Below the pieces are notes generated by a model. That model did no database searches, was not told where the DNA came from, and was given only the letters and a program-made list of their open reading frames with translations. A DNA stretch of 63,807 nucleotides, filler included, from Octopus bimaculoides (taxonomy: Eukaryota): assembly GCF_001194135.2 (NCBI RefSeq). It is 6 parts of 6 records of this genome, joined end to end, with 100 filler letters (N's around TTAATTAATTAA, not from the genome) between each part and the next. Parts side by side here need not be neighbours in the genome. Positions count along the whole stretch, not along the records: positions 1 to 27,988 come from NC_069005.1; positions 28,089 to 37,937 come from NC_068988.1; 4 more parts are not named here. One strand, written 5' to 3'. The translations under genes and the position numbers were made by a program. Of this stretch, positions 24,551 through 37,865 are shown piece after piece; position 1 is the first letter of the stretch; every line of letters begins with the position of its first letter.

Positions 24551-25340
24551 AATTTTGGAATGCGGCCAGTAATTATGAGAAGAAAGGTTGGTTACCTTAA
24601 CACCAGTGCTTAAGGGATTTGAACTCAGAACATAAAACTGGAAGGAATGCTGCTAAGCATTTTGTGTGGCATGCTAATAATTCTGCCCACTCACTGCTTT
24701 CTGTAACGATGATAATAATAATAATCCTACTATAGGCACAAGGCCTTAAATTTTGGGGGCGGGGACTAATCAATTGCATCGACCCTAGTGTTTCACTGGT
24801 ACTTAATTTATCAACTCCCAAAAGATGAAAGGCAAAGTGAACCTTGGCAGGATTTGAACTCAAAACATAAAGACGAATAAAATACCACCAAGCATTTCAT
24901 CCAGCATGCTAAAGAATTTTGACTGCTATTTTATTACATTGACCTTTAAAAAAACTGACAGTCAAAGTTGATCCCTTTGGGGGTTAACTTCATCATTTTG
25001 TCAGGTCACTAAAATAAAGTACCAGTCAAAAAACTGAGGTTGATAATATCAAGTAACTCTCTCCTGTGAATTTCATGTCTTGTGTCTATATTGGAAACCA
25101 CAACAACAATGATATTAATGATGATTTCAAACTTTGGCACTAGGCCAGTAATTTTTTTTTTGGGGGGGGGTTGATTACATCGACCCCCCCCCCCCCATGC
25201 TCAACTGGTACTTATTTTATTGACTCCAAAAGGATAAAAAGCAAAGTTGACCTTAGTGGGATTTTAACTTGGAACATAAAGATGTATGAAGTGCTGCTAA
25301 GCATTTTGCCTGGTATGCTAACGATTCTGTTAGCTCACCA
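24551..25340 (-). mobile_element. Stack of family A SINEs (24551-24700, 24723-24910, 25125-25340 minus; plus-strand fragment at about 24960-25100)
   Basis: Family motifs repeated, separated by AAT runs. Confidence 0.8.
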
Positions 25341-25474
25341 CAAGGGCCCAACACAAAAACAAATAGGGACGATATAAAACAAGGGACATGTGGGCTTTAG
25401 CACAAAAATCAAGTATACAATAAAATAACAATGAAAATTCTAACAACTAAAATCCCCAATAGGAGGAATTAGAA

Positions 25475-25499
25475 AATGATGATGATGATGATGATGATG

Positions 25500-25587
<88 letters not shown>

Positions 25588-25605
25588 TGATGATGATGAT
25601 AATGA
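25475..25605. repeat. (GAT)n-(AAT)n-(GAT)n compound microsatellite
   Basis: Direct. Confidence 0.95.
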
Positions 25606-26624
25606 TAAAAAGAAGAATTAGAAAAACTAATGATAATAATAAGAATTAGAAGACACAACCCTAGACCACTTCAGGTATGTTACCTTTACNNNNNNNNNNN
25701 NNNNNNNNNNNNNNNNNNNNNNNNNNNNNNNNNNNNNNNNNNNNNNNNNNNNNNNNNNNNNNNNNNNNNNNNNNNNNNNNNNNNNNNNNNNNNNNNNNNN
25801 NNNNNNNNNNNNNNNNNNNNNNNNNNNNNNNNNNNNNNNNNNNNNNNNNNNNNNNNNNNNNNNNNNNNNNNNNNNNNNNNNNNNNNNNNNNNNNNNNNNN
25901 NNNNNNNNNNNNNNATATATATATATATATATATATAATACTATTGGTGTATGGCCTATAATAAGGCCAAGTCTGTGACAAATTATTTTACAGTTTAAGC
26001 ATTTGTGTAGACCAGACATTTTCAACCAACGTACTCCAATAAGGCATACATAAAGCCTACAAGCATGCCTACAAATGGCCAGCAGGTATGCCTACAATTC
26101 TTGGAAGGCAAATTTAAAAATAAAATATCAAGACCTTGAGAATAGCTGAGTGTTTTTTAATGTACCTCACCGGTGCACTGGTGCATGTATATTTCTTTGT
26201 GTTGAAGTGCAATGAGTGTGTTTATCTGTTCATCCCTATTATTTTAAAACAGTTTCAGTACTTTTTTTTTCCTTTTATAATAAAATCTTTAAAGAAAGCT
26301 GATGGTGTCATATCACTTTTTTAGCACTTAATCTAGTGTGTTGATGATTAAAAAAGCAAGGATTAAAATCCTCAATGTAGACTGTGTACACATTATATTC
26401 TCTTCACTTCTCTTTCCTTCTCACTGTCAAGCCTGCAGTACATGTTGTTAATATTTACTCATTTATGCACACATTCTTCACATTGTCTATTGTTGTTGTT
26501 GATTTAGATTGAAATATGTACGTAATATTGATTTTCATTGGTCACCTCATTACTACCATCGTCTTCTTTCCAGCTACTTCCACCTGCCCTTATATAATGA
26601 GGATAGCCCTGTATCTCATCTGTT

Positions 26625-26945
26625 GTAAGGTACCTAAGTCTGTCCCTCTATCATACTCTGTCTCTTGACACCTGGTATAAAGCCACCTCCCTCACTGCTA
26701 GAACCCCACTAAGTCAATGGGGATTTTCCTTTGTCTTGTGAGTTACTTGGTGACCCCTCATTAGTGCTTGTGTCATGATAAAAAGTACCTGGTATACTCT
26801 GTAAAGTGGTTGGCATTAAGGAGGATATCCATATGTAGAAACCATACCAAAACAGACATTGGGTTCAACACTCTCTTCAAGATCTTTGAATACTCTAAAA
26901 CCATCCAATTCATGTCAACACAGAAGACAGACATTAAATGATAAT
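26625..26945 (+). mobile_element. SINE family C (diverged)
   Basis: gagttacttggtgacc...aaaaagtacc...gtggttggcattaaggaggatatcc...aaatgataatga. Confidence 0.7.
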
Positions 26946-27421
26946 GAATAAACATAAGGTTTATATTGCAGAGAAGGATTGGCTGTGGGGAGTTGGCTAT
27001 TTTCAACTGATTTAATCCTACATCTTACTAGTAATTCTTATAATGGATCCAAGAGTGAAGAAAAGTAAAGTTGACTTCAGCATAAAAAGATAAAAAAAGA
27101 CCCTTTATAATTATTCTCTAAAGATCTGCTACCTGTTTTCTGGTTATAACTAGTGTTGCTTGTGAGTTCAGTGAAATTCTATGTGATTTTAAATTCTATA
27201 CTTTAATCTTACACATTTTCATTCCTACAAAATGTTAATGATAAGGATAACAATTAAGATAATTCTTTGCCCAATAACAAGTCCCCCGGTCTAAAAGGAA
27301 ACAGAAAGTCAGAGGTTTATAGTGTGTGGTCCTTTCTGAAGGGCATCCATCTATTAAATGAAGAGAAATTGATACAACTGAGATTAAGAAACGGGTTGTG
27401 CACTTGGTCAGCAAGAGCAAT

Positions 27422-27637
27422 AATGGTTTCAAATTTTAGCACAAGGCCAGCATATTCATGGGAGGGGGTAAGTTGATTGCATTGACCCCAGTACTCAACT
27501 GATACTTATTTTATCAATTCCGAAAGGATGAAAGGCAAAGTTGACCCTGGCAGAATTTGAACTCAGAACATAAAGGCAGATGAAATGTTGCTAAGCATTT
27601 TGCACCAGCATGCTAATGACTCTGCCAGCTTGTCACC

Positions 27638-27640
<3 letters not shown>
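27422..27640 (-). mobile_element. SINE family A
   Basis: Full head and body, followed on the plus strand by (AAT)n. Confidence 0.85.
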
Positions 27641-27673
<33 letters not shown>

Positions 27674-27684
27674 TTAATAATAAT

Positions 27685-27988
27685 AACGAACCGGTACCCT
27701 ACGAAAACGACGACCGTCAAAATAAAGGCCCGGACGTTGTTCCTCATGTCCCGCAAACAAAACCAAAACGGCATAAATGGACACATGAGGAACACATTTC
27801 GATCCTACACGCCTATTTCACAGCAGTACTCTACCCAAAAAACGAAAATGCAACAACACATACATATAAAACATGGAAGAAAAATAATGTAAATATAGAC
27901 CTCGATAAAACAATGAACCCTAACAAACTAGCTAACATAAGAAGATATATTCTAAAAGCAAAAAAAATATCAGAAATAGAAATAGAAC
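27685..27988 (+). mobile_element. Stop-free 5' region of a probable R4/Dong ORF, truncated by a gap
   Basis: KRHKWTHEEHISILHAYF...WKK...PNKLANIRRYILKAKKISEIEIE resembles the Myb-like N-terminus of R4-clade ORFs and starts right after (AAT)n. Confidence 0.65.
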
Positions 27989-28032
27989 NNNNNNNNNNNN
28001 NNNNNNNNNNNNNNNNNNNNNNNNNNNNNNNN

Positions 28033-28044
28033 TTAATTAATTAA
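28033..28044. other. Artificial scaffolding linker TTAATTAATTAA in a 44N-12-44N gap
   Basis: Identical 100-bp construct at 37982, 58903, 61302 and 62511; the linker has stops in all six frames. Confidence 0.95.
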
Positions 28045-28427
28045 NNNNNNNNNNNNNNNNNNNNNNNNNNNNNNNNNNNNNNNNNNNNTATATATATATA
28101 TATGCACACATATTTTTACATATATGTATATATATGTGTGTGTATTTATGTATGTATACAAACACATCAGGATGAATATACATACATAGGTATGTATGCA
28201 TGTACACAAATTATATATTGTCAAGTTTATCCAAGGAGCTTGCTCCAAAATAACTTAGCGTTTCGGCAACATATTCGATTGAATAAGTATCAGACTTAAA
28301 CCTTTTCAAAAACCGAAGTCGATAAAAGTGAATTCGATGATTTCGACTAAAAATACCTCAAGGCAGTGCCCAGGATGGTCTCAGTCTAATGATTAAAATA
28401 AGTAAAAAATAAAAATTAAAAAGACAT

Positions 28428-28459
<32 letters not shown>

Positions 28460-28787
28460 GTCCCATTTTCCTTGCCACAGTCATGGAATTGCGGCCATAC
28501 TGGGGCTCTAGATTAAAACGTTTAGTTAAAGAAATCGAACCTAGTAATTACTTTTTTCATCTGGTACTCATTTTATTGGTATCTTTCGCCAAACAGCTAT
28601 ATTTCAGGGATCTGAGCAGATAAATTTCGGCTGTCAGATAGATATAAATGCATAACAATACAAACAGATCTTCCGCACAGATTTCATTTACGAAATTTTC
28701 ACAGAAAGCATTACGTCACTTTAGTTCTTTTATGTAAGTATGTACATATACATACATGCATAGCATAATATTATACATGTATACATC

Positions 28788-28818
<31 letters not shown>

Positions 28819-28936
28819 TATTACATATATATATATATAAATATATATATGTATGTATATACAGACATATATATATATATACATATATATGTATATATAT
28901 AGTATATTATATATATGTATATTTTATATGTGTGTG

Positions 28937-28977
<41 letters not shown>

Positions 28978-29615
28978 NNNNNNNNNNNNNNNNNNNNNNN
29001 NNNNNNNNNNNNNNNNNNNNNNNNNNNNNNNNNNNNNNNNNNNNNNNNNNNNNNNNNNNNNNNNNNNNNNNNNNNNNNNNNNNNNNNNNNNNNNNNNNNN
29101 NNNNNNNNNNNNNNNNNNNNNNNNNNNNNNNNNNNNNNNNNNNNNNNNNNNNNNNNNNNNNNNNNNNNNNNNNNNNNNNNNNNNNNNNNNNNNNNNNNNN
29201 NNNNNNNNNNNNNNNNNNNNNNNNNNNNNNNNNNNNNNNNNNNNNNNNNNNNNNNNNNNNNNNNNNNNNNNNNNNNNNNNNNNNNNNNNNNNNNNNNNNN
29301 NNNNNNNNNNNNNNNNNNNNNNNNNNNNNNNNNNNNNNNNNNNNNNNNNNNNNNNNNNNNNNNNNNNNNNNNNNNNNNNNNNNNNNNNNNNNNNNNNNNN
29401 NNNNNNNNNNNNNNNNNNNNNNNNNNNNNNNNNNNNNNNNNNNNNNNNNNNNNNNNNNNNNNNNNNNNNNNNNNNNNNNNNNNNNNNNNNNNNNNNNNNN
29501 NNNNNNNNNNNNNNNNNNNNNNNNNNNNNNNNNNNNNNNNNNNNNNNNNNNNTTCTTTTATGTAAGTATGTACATATACATACATGCATAGCATAATATT
29601 ATACATGTATACATC

Positions 29616-29646
<31 letters not shown>

Positions 29647-29931
29647 TATTACATATATATATATATAAATATATATATGTATGTATATACAGACATATAT
29701 ATATATATACATATATATGTACACACACACACATATATATATATACCTTGAGTGAGTGTTCAAGCGCATATGCAGCGTGAGTCCCCATTCGTGGACCAGT
29801 TGTCACATAAGCGTCAATGTATGAAGCTATGTACGTATGTGTATGTATGTAATGTTATACTCACAATCCTTCACTAAATCTACCTCAACTACATGAATAT
29901 ACACGCACAGAAACACACACATATACACACG

Positions 29932-29968
<37 letters not shown>

Positions 29969-30879
29969 ACATATGCATATATATATATATATATATACGT
30001 ATATATATATATACGTATAAATATATATATANNNNNNNNNNNNNNNNNNNNNNNNNNNNNNNNNNNNNNNNNNNNNNNNNNNNNNNNNNNNNNNNNNNNN
30101 NNNNNNNNNNNNNNNNNNNNNNNNNNNNNNNNNNNNNNNNNNNNNNNNNNNNNNNNNNNNNNNNNNNNNNNNNNNNNNNNNNNNNNNNNNNNNNNNNNNN
30201 NNNNNNNNNNNNNNNNNNNNNNNNNNNNNNNNNNNNNNNNNNNNNNNNNNNNNNNNNNNNNNNNNNNNNNNNNNNNNNNNNNNNNNNNNNNNNNNNNNNN
30301 NNNNNNNNNNNNNNNNNNNNNNNNNNNNNNNNNNNNNNNNNNNNNNNNNNNNNNNNNNNNNNNNNNNNNNNNNNNNNNNNNNNNNNNNNNNNNNNNNNNN
30401 NNNNNNNNNNNNNNNNNNNNNNNNNNNNNNNNNNNNNNNNNNNNNNNNNNNNNNNNNNNNNNNNNNNNNNNNNNNNNNNNNNNNNNNNNNNNNNNNNNNN
30501 NNNNNNNNNNNNNNNNNNNNNNNNNNNNNNNNNNNNNNNNNNNNNNNNNNNNNNNNNNNNNNNNNNNNNNNNNNNNNNNNNNNNNNNNNNNNNNNNNNNN
30601 NNNNNNNNNNNNNNNNNNNNNNNNNNNNNNNNNNNNNNNNNNNNNNNNNNNNNNNNNNNNNNNNNNNNNNNNNNNNNNNNNNNNNNNNNNNNNNNNNNNN
30701 NNNNNNNNNNNNNNNNNNNNNNNNNNNNNNNNNNNNNNNNNNNNNNNNNNNNNNNNNNNNNNNNNNNNNNNNNNNNNNNNNNNNNNNNNNNNNNNNNNNN
30801 NNNNNNNNNNNNNNNNNNNNNNNNNNNNNNNNNNNNNNNNNNNNNNNNNNNNNNNNNNNNNNNNNNNNNNNNNNNNNNN

Positions 30880-30911
<32 letters not shown>

Positions 30912-30913
<2 letters not shown>

Positions 30914-31560
30914 GGGTGCGATGAATAAATAGTCGTCTGAATTACACAGAAATGAAAATAACGTTGGCATCTCATTTAGACAGTTACATTTACCAAAATT
31001 ACTTAAAATTTTCTTCAACTACTAAAGAGTAAATTCATTCAATAAAATCACCATTGGCTTCATCCACGGCCACTGATGACTACGGAAACTCCTGTAACTC
31101 CTCCGGACGATCTACTTGTTTAAGATGGTCAATGTTCCATAATCCTTGCCTTCAAGTCATCTTTGGTGTTACAAGGAGTTTTGTTTGTCCCTCGCTCAGC
31201 TGCGCTCCACATGTAATGATCAAGAGTGTGGCAAGTCAGATGTTAGGGGTGATGTGGTCGCAGAAAATTTCTGACACCCATGACTGGGTTCTCCTGCTTG
31301 TTTGGCATGGTGAAGAGCCCTGTTACTAGACATGGAGTCTTCCAGCAGCCACTCTCTTGAGCCAGGGCAGCACCCTCTCCTCTAGGCACTTGATGTAGGC
31401 CAACGTGTTGAGTCTGAGGCCATGTGGGAAGATGAATGGCGGCGTAACGTCGCCACCACTACTGATCACTGCAAATACCATGATGTTGACTGGATTTTGA
31501 TTTTATCACTCTCGGTACATGTCCTCAGATTCCACTGTCCTAACATTGACACGCAAAGAC
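30912..31560 (-). mobile_element. Decayed Tc1/mariner transposase 3' part (probably DD37D/maT) with terminal region
   Basis: Minus strand reads IMVFAVISSGGDVTPPFIFPHGLRLNTLAYIKCLEE, QGSSPCQTSRRTQSW and LDHYMWSAAERGTNKTPCNTKDDLKARI. The catalytic spacing is reconstructed, not intact. Confidence 0.8.
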
Positions 31561-31564
31561 TCTG

Positions 31565-31965
31565 AAACCGCTACATTGTTCAAGCTCCGTTGTTAGATTT
31601 GCACTATATCATGCCATAACTGGGAATAGAAATCCAGGCGGCTGAGAACAAATGTTTCCACAGGGTCAACATAGTTTCTTGGTCTCTTGTCTTGAAGGAA
31701 CTTAGTATCCATACTGGAAGTTGTCTGCGCTTTGCTGCCATCTTAATATTGTGCGTGTAAAATGATGCGTCATTGCACATGCTCATCCAAAAGTTTTTCA
31801 CTACCTGTGATTCTGGGATCGTAGCGTTTTCGGGTCCTGTATACACCGGCTGTAGTTCATTCCTGAGTTGATAGAGCAGTGCTTGAGCCCGACTCGCAGC
31901 CCACTTATATATCGAATTCGGGTTCCGCTGTAAGCTTACGTCATCTTGGTCTTTTATTGCCTGTA
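31565..31965 (-). pseudogene. CR1/L2-group LINE RT C-terminal fragment
   Basis: MCNDASFYTHNIKMAAKRRQLPVWILSSFKTRDQETMLTLWK; homologous to 62075-62466. Confidence 0.8.
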
Positions 31966-32084
31966 ATATATACATAAATATACTTATCTATACACACAGA
32001 CAGATAAAGATAACCAACGCATCTTATAGAAAATCTTGATGTATACATCGTTGCTCTCTCCAAAAGTCAACAATTTAAGCAGGC

Positions 32085-32128
<44 letters not shown>

Positions 32129-32502
32129 NNNNNNNNNNNNNNNNNNNNNNNNNNNNNNNNNNNNNNTATATATATATATATATATTTCGTTTTGGAATTT
32201 TGTTTGCAAGATTCTTTATGTGAGTTCGTGTGTTGAAGCATATTTTGTTGTATCTGGCGAGAGTCATTCTCTTTTAGTGCCGTATAATTTAACATACTCA
32301 AATGTATTAATATATGTACATATGTATATATATACGTATATACGTTTGTGTGTATGTATGTAATTATGTTTGTCGACTCGAGTATTTATATATATATATA
32401 TACACACACACGTTTACATATATGTATGCGTATGTACACTTACATATAAACATACGTAAATGTATGTAAATATAAACACACACACATTATATATAAGGAT
32501 AC

Positions 32503-32592
<90 letters not shown>

Positions 32593-34460
32593 AGACATAC
32601 ACAAATGCAGCATATATACACACATATATGCATATATTTATATTGGCAGCTTGACTCCGATTCATTAATTGAACTTTCACTAACGCAGAAATCACTCCGG
32701 ATCTTTTGGACCTCTGTGTGTCTGTCTCCGTATGGAGCATGTATGTATGTATGCGTGCATGTATGCATGTATGTATGTATGTATGTATGCATGTATGTAT
32801 GTATATGTATGTATACTATAATAACCATGTACATATATATATATATTCATATGCGTATATCCATGTGTTTGTGCATCTGTTTGAATGTTAGCCTGTCTGT
32901 GAAATCAATTTAGATTTTAATCTTAACCAAAAGAAATATCCAATGCAATGACTATTTATCTACCCCATTCAATAGCTACGTCTTCGTGGAATGGCCTTCA
33001 TCATTGATATAAGAAGTCCCATTAAGAAAGGCTTCTGTTTAAAAGATTATTTATATCTTTGTCTTCTGTAAAGAAGATCGAAACCTCGTCGACAGTGTAG
33101 TTTTGTCATAATATAATAAATAACATTTCTTTCATCATTTCAAAGCAAACTAACAACGTACTGCTTGTGTTTATATACGAATGTTATAATGGTATTGAAG
33201 TATAATCGACAATTGCTAGTAATACACACTTGTGTATATCTATGTTTTAAATATATATATACATGGTTCCGGGTTCAGTTCCACTGCGTGGCAACTTAGG
33301 CAAGGATCTTCCACCCTTACGAGTGGATTTGGTAGACGGAAACTGAAAGAAACTTGTTGTGTGTGTGTGTGTGTGTGTATGTGTGTGTGTGTGTGTGTGT
33401 GTTTACGATTACGACCCCTGTGGTGTATATGTTTACATTTGTGTGCGTTGACTACAGTATTAGGGCACTTTAGATCTTATTTCTAGTAATGTAGGTGTTT
33501 CTGACACCCTAATCACATTTAGCGACGATTATATATATATATATATATATATACATATGAATATGTATGTATTTGTGTCTCCGTTTGTACCCTCCCCAAT
33601 CACCATTTGACAAACGGTGTTGATGTGTTACTTGGGTAGATAATATCGGGTAATACCCTTCTCTCGAAATTGTTCCCTTTGTACTTAAATTAGAAATTAT
33701 TACTAATAGAGATACGTTTGTAAAGATTCATAGACATTGTCGAAATGGACGTTGATAATGACATTATTGAAATATCAATGATATTGATTACCTTCTATAT
33801 TTTAATACACACACAAACACAAGCAAACATACAAACATACACACATACACACATATATAGGGCGAGAGAGAAAGAGAGAGAGTTACAATAGAATAGAATT
33901 TTCACGGACATACATGCCCTTCTTCTCTCTGGGTATACATCTTCCATCGTCCCACTCTATCATGGTTAACCATATATATATACATATATANNNNNNNNNN
34001 NNNNNNNNNNNNNNNNNNNNNNNNNNNNNNNNNNNNNNNNNNNNNNNNNNNNNNNNNNNNNNNNNNNNNNNNNNNNNNNNNNNNNNNNNNNNNNNNNNNN
34101 NNNNNNNNNNNNNNNNNNNNNNNNNNNNNNNNNNNNNNNNNNNNNNNNNNNNNNNNNNNNNNNNNNNNNNNNNNNNNNNNNNNNNNNNNNNNNNNNNNNN
34201 NNNNNNNNNNNNNNNNNNNNNNNNNNNNNNNNNNNNNNNNNNNNNNNNNNNNNNNNNNNNNNNNNNNNNNNNNNNNNNNNNNNNNNNNNNNNNNNNNNNN
34301 NNNNNNNNNNNNNNNNNNNNNNNNNNNNNNNNNNNNNNNNNNNNNNNNNNNNNNNNNNNNNNNNNNNNNNNNNNNNNNNNNNNNNNNNNNNNNNNNNNNN
34401 NNNNNNNNNNNNNNNNNNNNNNNNNNNNNNNNNNNNNNNNNNNNNNNNNNNNNNNNNNNN

Positions 34461-34491
<31 letters not shown>

Positions 34492-34693
34492 TATATATAC
34501 ATATGTGTATATTTTTTAAGGAAATCTACAAAAATGCATTTTCAATATTATGTGCAACTATGAATATCATCTGAAGGCCTCGCCCCACTGATGCAGAAAG
34601 AAAAAAAGAGGGAGACGATGAGAGAGACAAACAAATATTTATATATACTATGATACAGAGCTAAATAGATAGATAGATAGATAGATAGGTAGG

Positions 34694-34757
<64 letters not shown>

Positions 34758-36194
34758 GAGATACAGGCATACATTTATGCATACATACAAACATACATGC
34801 ATATCTACACAATTCATACACATATGCAATGCCATGATGTATAGGTGTCTAAATAGATTCATAAGTAGATTAATAGATATATTCATTAGCTACACTATAT
34901 ATATATATTCATTAGCTACACTATATATATATATATATANNNNNNNNNNNNNNNNNNNNNNNNNNNNNNNNNNNNNNNNNNNNNNNNNNNNNNNNNNNNN
35001 NNNNNNNNNNNNNNNNNNNNNNNNNNNNNNNNNNNNNNNNNNNNNNNNNNNNNNNNNNNNNNNNNNNNNNNNNNNNNNNNNNNNNNNNNNNNNNNNNNNN
35101 NNNNNNNNNNNNNNNNNNNNNNNNNNNNNNNNNNNNNNNNNNNNNNNNNNNNNNNNNNNNNNNNNNNNNNNNNNNNNNNNNNNNNNNNNNNNNNNNNNNN
35201 NNNNNNNNNNNNNNNNNNNNNNNNNNNNNNNNNNNNNNNNNNNNNNNNNNNNNNNNNNNNNNNNNNNNNNNNNNNNNNNNNNNNNNNNNNNNNNNNNNNN
35301 NNNNNNNNNNNNNNNNNNNNNNNNNNNNNNNNNNNNNNNNNNNNNNNNNNNNNNNNNNNNNNNNNNNNNNNNNNNNNNNNNNNNNNNNNNNNNNNNNNNN
35401 NNNNNNNNNNNNNNNNNNNNNNNNNNNNNNNNNNNNNNNNNNNNNNNNNNNNNNNNNNNNNNNNNNNNNNNNNNNNNNNNNNNNNNNNNNNNNNNNNNNN
35501 NNNNNNNNNNNNNNNNNNNNNNNNNNNNNNNNNNNNNNNNNNNNNNNNNNNNNNNNNNNNNNNNNNNNNNNNNNNNNNNNNNNNNNNNNNNNNNNNNNNN
35601 NNNNNNNNNNNNNNNNNNNNNNNNNNNNNNNNNNNNNNNNNNNNNNNNNNNNNNNNNNNNNNNNNNNNNNNNNNNNNNNNNNNNNNNNNNNNNNNNNNNN
35701 NNNNNNNNNNNNNNNNNNNNNNNNNNNNNNNNNNNNNNNNNNNNNNNNNNNNNNNNNNNNNNNNNNNNNNNNNNNNNNNNNNNNNNNNNNNNNNNNNNNN
35801 NNNNNNNNNNNNNNNNNNNNNNNNNNNNNNNNNNNNNNNNNNNNNNNNNNNNNNNNNNNNNNNNNNNNNNNNNNNNNNNNNATATATATATATATATATA
35901 CAAATATATATATAAAGGCACGCACACATATTTATACATACATTTATTCATGCATGCATACTTTGACCGACATACGCACGGACACATTTAAACAATGTAT
36001 CAACATGTTCACGGTCGGGTACACATATGTATATGAATATTTCTTTCATTTTCTCAGTCCAGCCATGAGACTGCGGCCATGCTGGGGCACTACCTTGACG
36101 AAACGGCGCTGTTACTTCTATTATGTAAGCCTGGTACTTGATCTATCGTCATATGTTAACAAAACGCTAAACGATGGGATCGTGAACACAAGAA

Positions 36195-36415
36195 CACAGT
36201 ATGTGTTTTTGTGTCTGTGTTTGTCCCCTCTTTACATCGCTTGACAACCCATCTTGGTGCTTCTACCTCCCCGTAACCTAGCGGTTCGACAAAAGCGTCC
36301 GATGCAATAATTATTAGGCTTACAAAGAATAAGTTCTGAGGTCGGTCGATTTGTTCGACTAAAGGCGGTGCTCCAGCATGGCCGCAGTCAAATGACTGAA
36401 ACAAGTAAAAGAAAA
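36195..36415 (+). mobile_element. SINE family B, 3' half
   Basis: gtgtttgtcccc...aaaggcggtgctccagcatggccgcagtcaaatgactgaaacaag. Confidence 0.85.
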
Positions 36416-36712
36416 AAAAGAATATATATTAAACGTGTTTAAAAAATACATATAAACACTTAAGTAAAATATATGCCCCTCATCCTCTTCCTGTCTCATA
36501 TTTATTTCCTGTTGTTTTCATCGTTCCATCCTGTCTCTGTCTGTCTGTCTGTCCTTCTCTTTCTCTCTCTCTCAAATACGCAAGCCCCGGTCGATATACA
36601 ATCCCATTCAATTCTCATTTCGTTCTCGTATTTCACCCTCGACCCATCTACTATTTCCTCTCTCTTCTCCACCACTTCCTAGACTAATTTGTCTAATTAT
36701 ATACTAGTGACG

Positions 36713-37026
36713 TAAGGCGGCTAGCTGGCAGAAACGTTAGCACGCCGGACGAAATGCTTAGTGGTATTTCGTCTGCCACTAGGCTTTGAGTTCAATTTCC
36801 GCCGAGGTTGACTTTGCTTTTCATCCTTTCGGAGTCGATTAAATAAGTACCATTTACGCACTGGGGTCGATATAATCCTTTTGTTTGTCCCCTCTGTGTG
36901 TAGACCCTTGTTGGCAATAAGAAACATTAGCATGTCGGTCAATCACGGCGAAATTTGAACTCAGAACATAACGGCAGACGAAATACCGCTAAGCATTTCG
37001 CCCGGCGTGCTAACGTTTCGGCCAGC
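36713..37026. mobile_element. Inverted pair of family A SINEs (36713-36900 +, 36944-37026 -)
   Basis: Head arms 36724-36806 and 36944-37026 are about 87% complementary by hand alignment. Confidence 0.85.
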
Positions 37027-37459
37027 ACCCGCGTCTTATACGAGCGAAAAATATTAAAACATTAAACACCTGGATCCAATGCTAACATTCATTGACTTTT
37101 TTTTTGGTTAGATGGTGCGTATTGCGGGTACACGCACCTACCTTCAACGTAACTCACAGGCAGAATGAGCGTAACGCGAAATAAGCGTGACACTTGAGAA
37201 AAACATTTGAATTACAAACTGATGTCTTATATGATAGGATTCCATATATTTTCCTCATTGTTTTAAATGTTAATAATTTTTTTCAAGTCGCTCTAGAGCA
37301 GAGTCGAACTCGGGATCTTATCATTAATCAAGTGAATTTCGGAAATATCCTGTAATACTTTACACCCACAAATATTTGCATGTGAGGGAGCTGATTCTGT
37401 GAGAGAAGTATGGTTGGGGACACCACTTTGTAAAAGACACTTGGTATGCTGCAGTAGTG

Positions 37460-37865
37460 AAAGTTGTAGGCAGCAAGGGGAAGATCTTGCTTCCTAACCT
37501 TATGGTTCTGAGTTCAGTCCCACTGCGTGACATCTCGGACAGGAGGCTTCGGCTATAACTTCGAGCCAACTAAAGTCTTGTAAATGGATTTGGTAGACAG
37601 AAACTGAAAGCAAACTGTCGTGTAAGTTTATATGAGCACGCGCGCCCGCGTGTGCGTCCTTGTGTCTGTTGTTGTCTCCGCCCACATCACCGTTTAACAG
37701 CCGGTGTTGGTGTGCTTACGTCCTCGTAAAATTAGCGGTTCCTCCGCAAAAGACAGCGATTGGATAAGTGGCGGGATAAAACGAAAAATAAGTATATTCG
37801 TTCGACTGAAATTCTTGAAGGTGGTGCTCCAGCATGGTCTCGGTTTAAAGACTGGAACAAAGTAA
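37460..37865 (+). mobile_element. SINE family B
   Basis: ggttctgagttcagtcccactgcgtg...ggtgctccagcatgg. Confidence 0.8.

Noticed and set aside
25665-25685. TTCAG|GTATGT as another recursive site
   Set aside because: The upstream sequence is purine/AAT-rich with no polypyrimidine tract.
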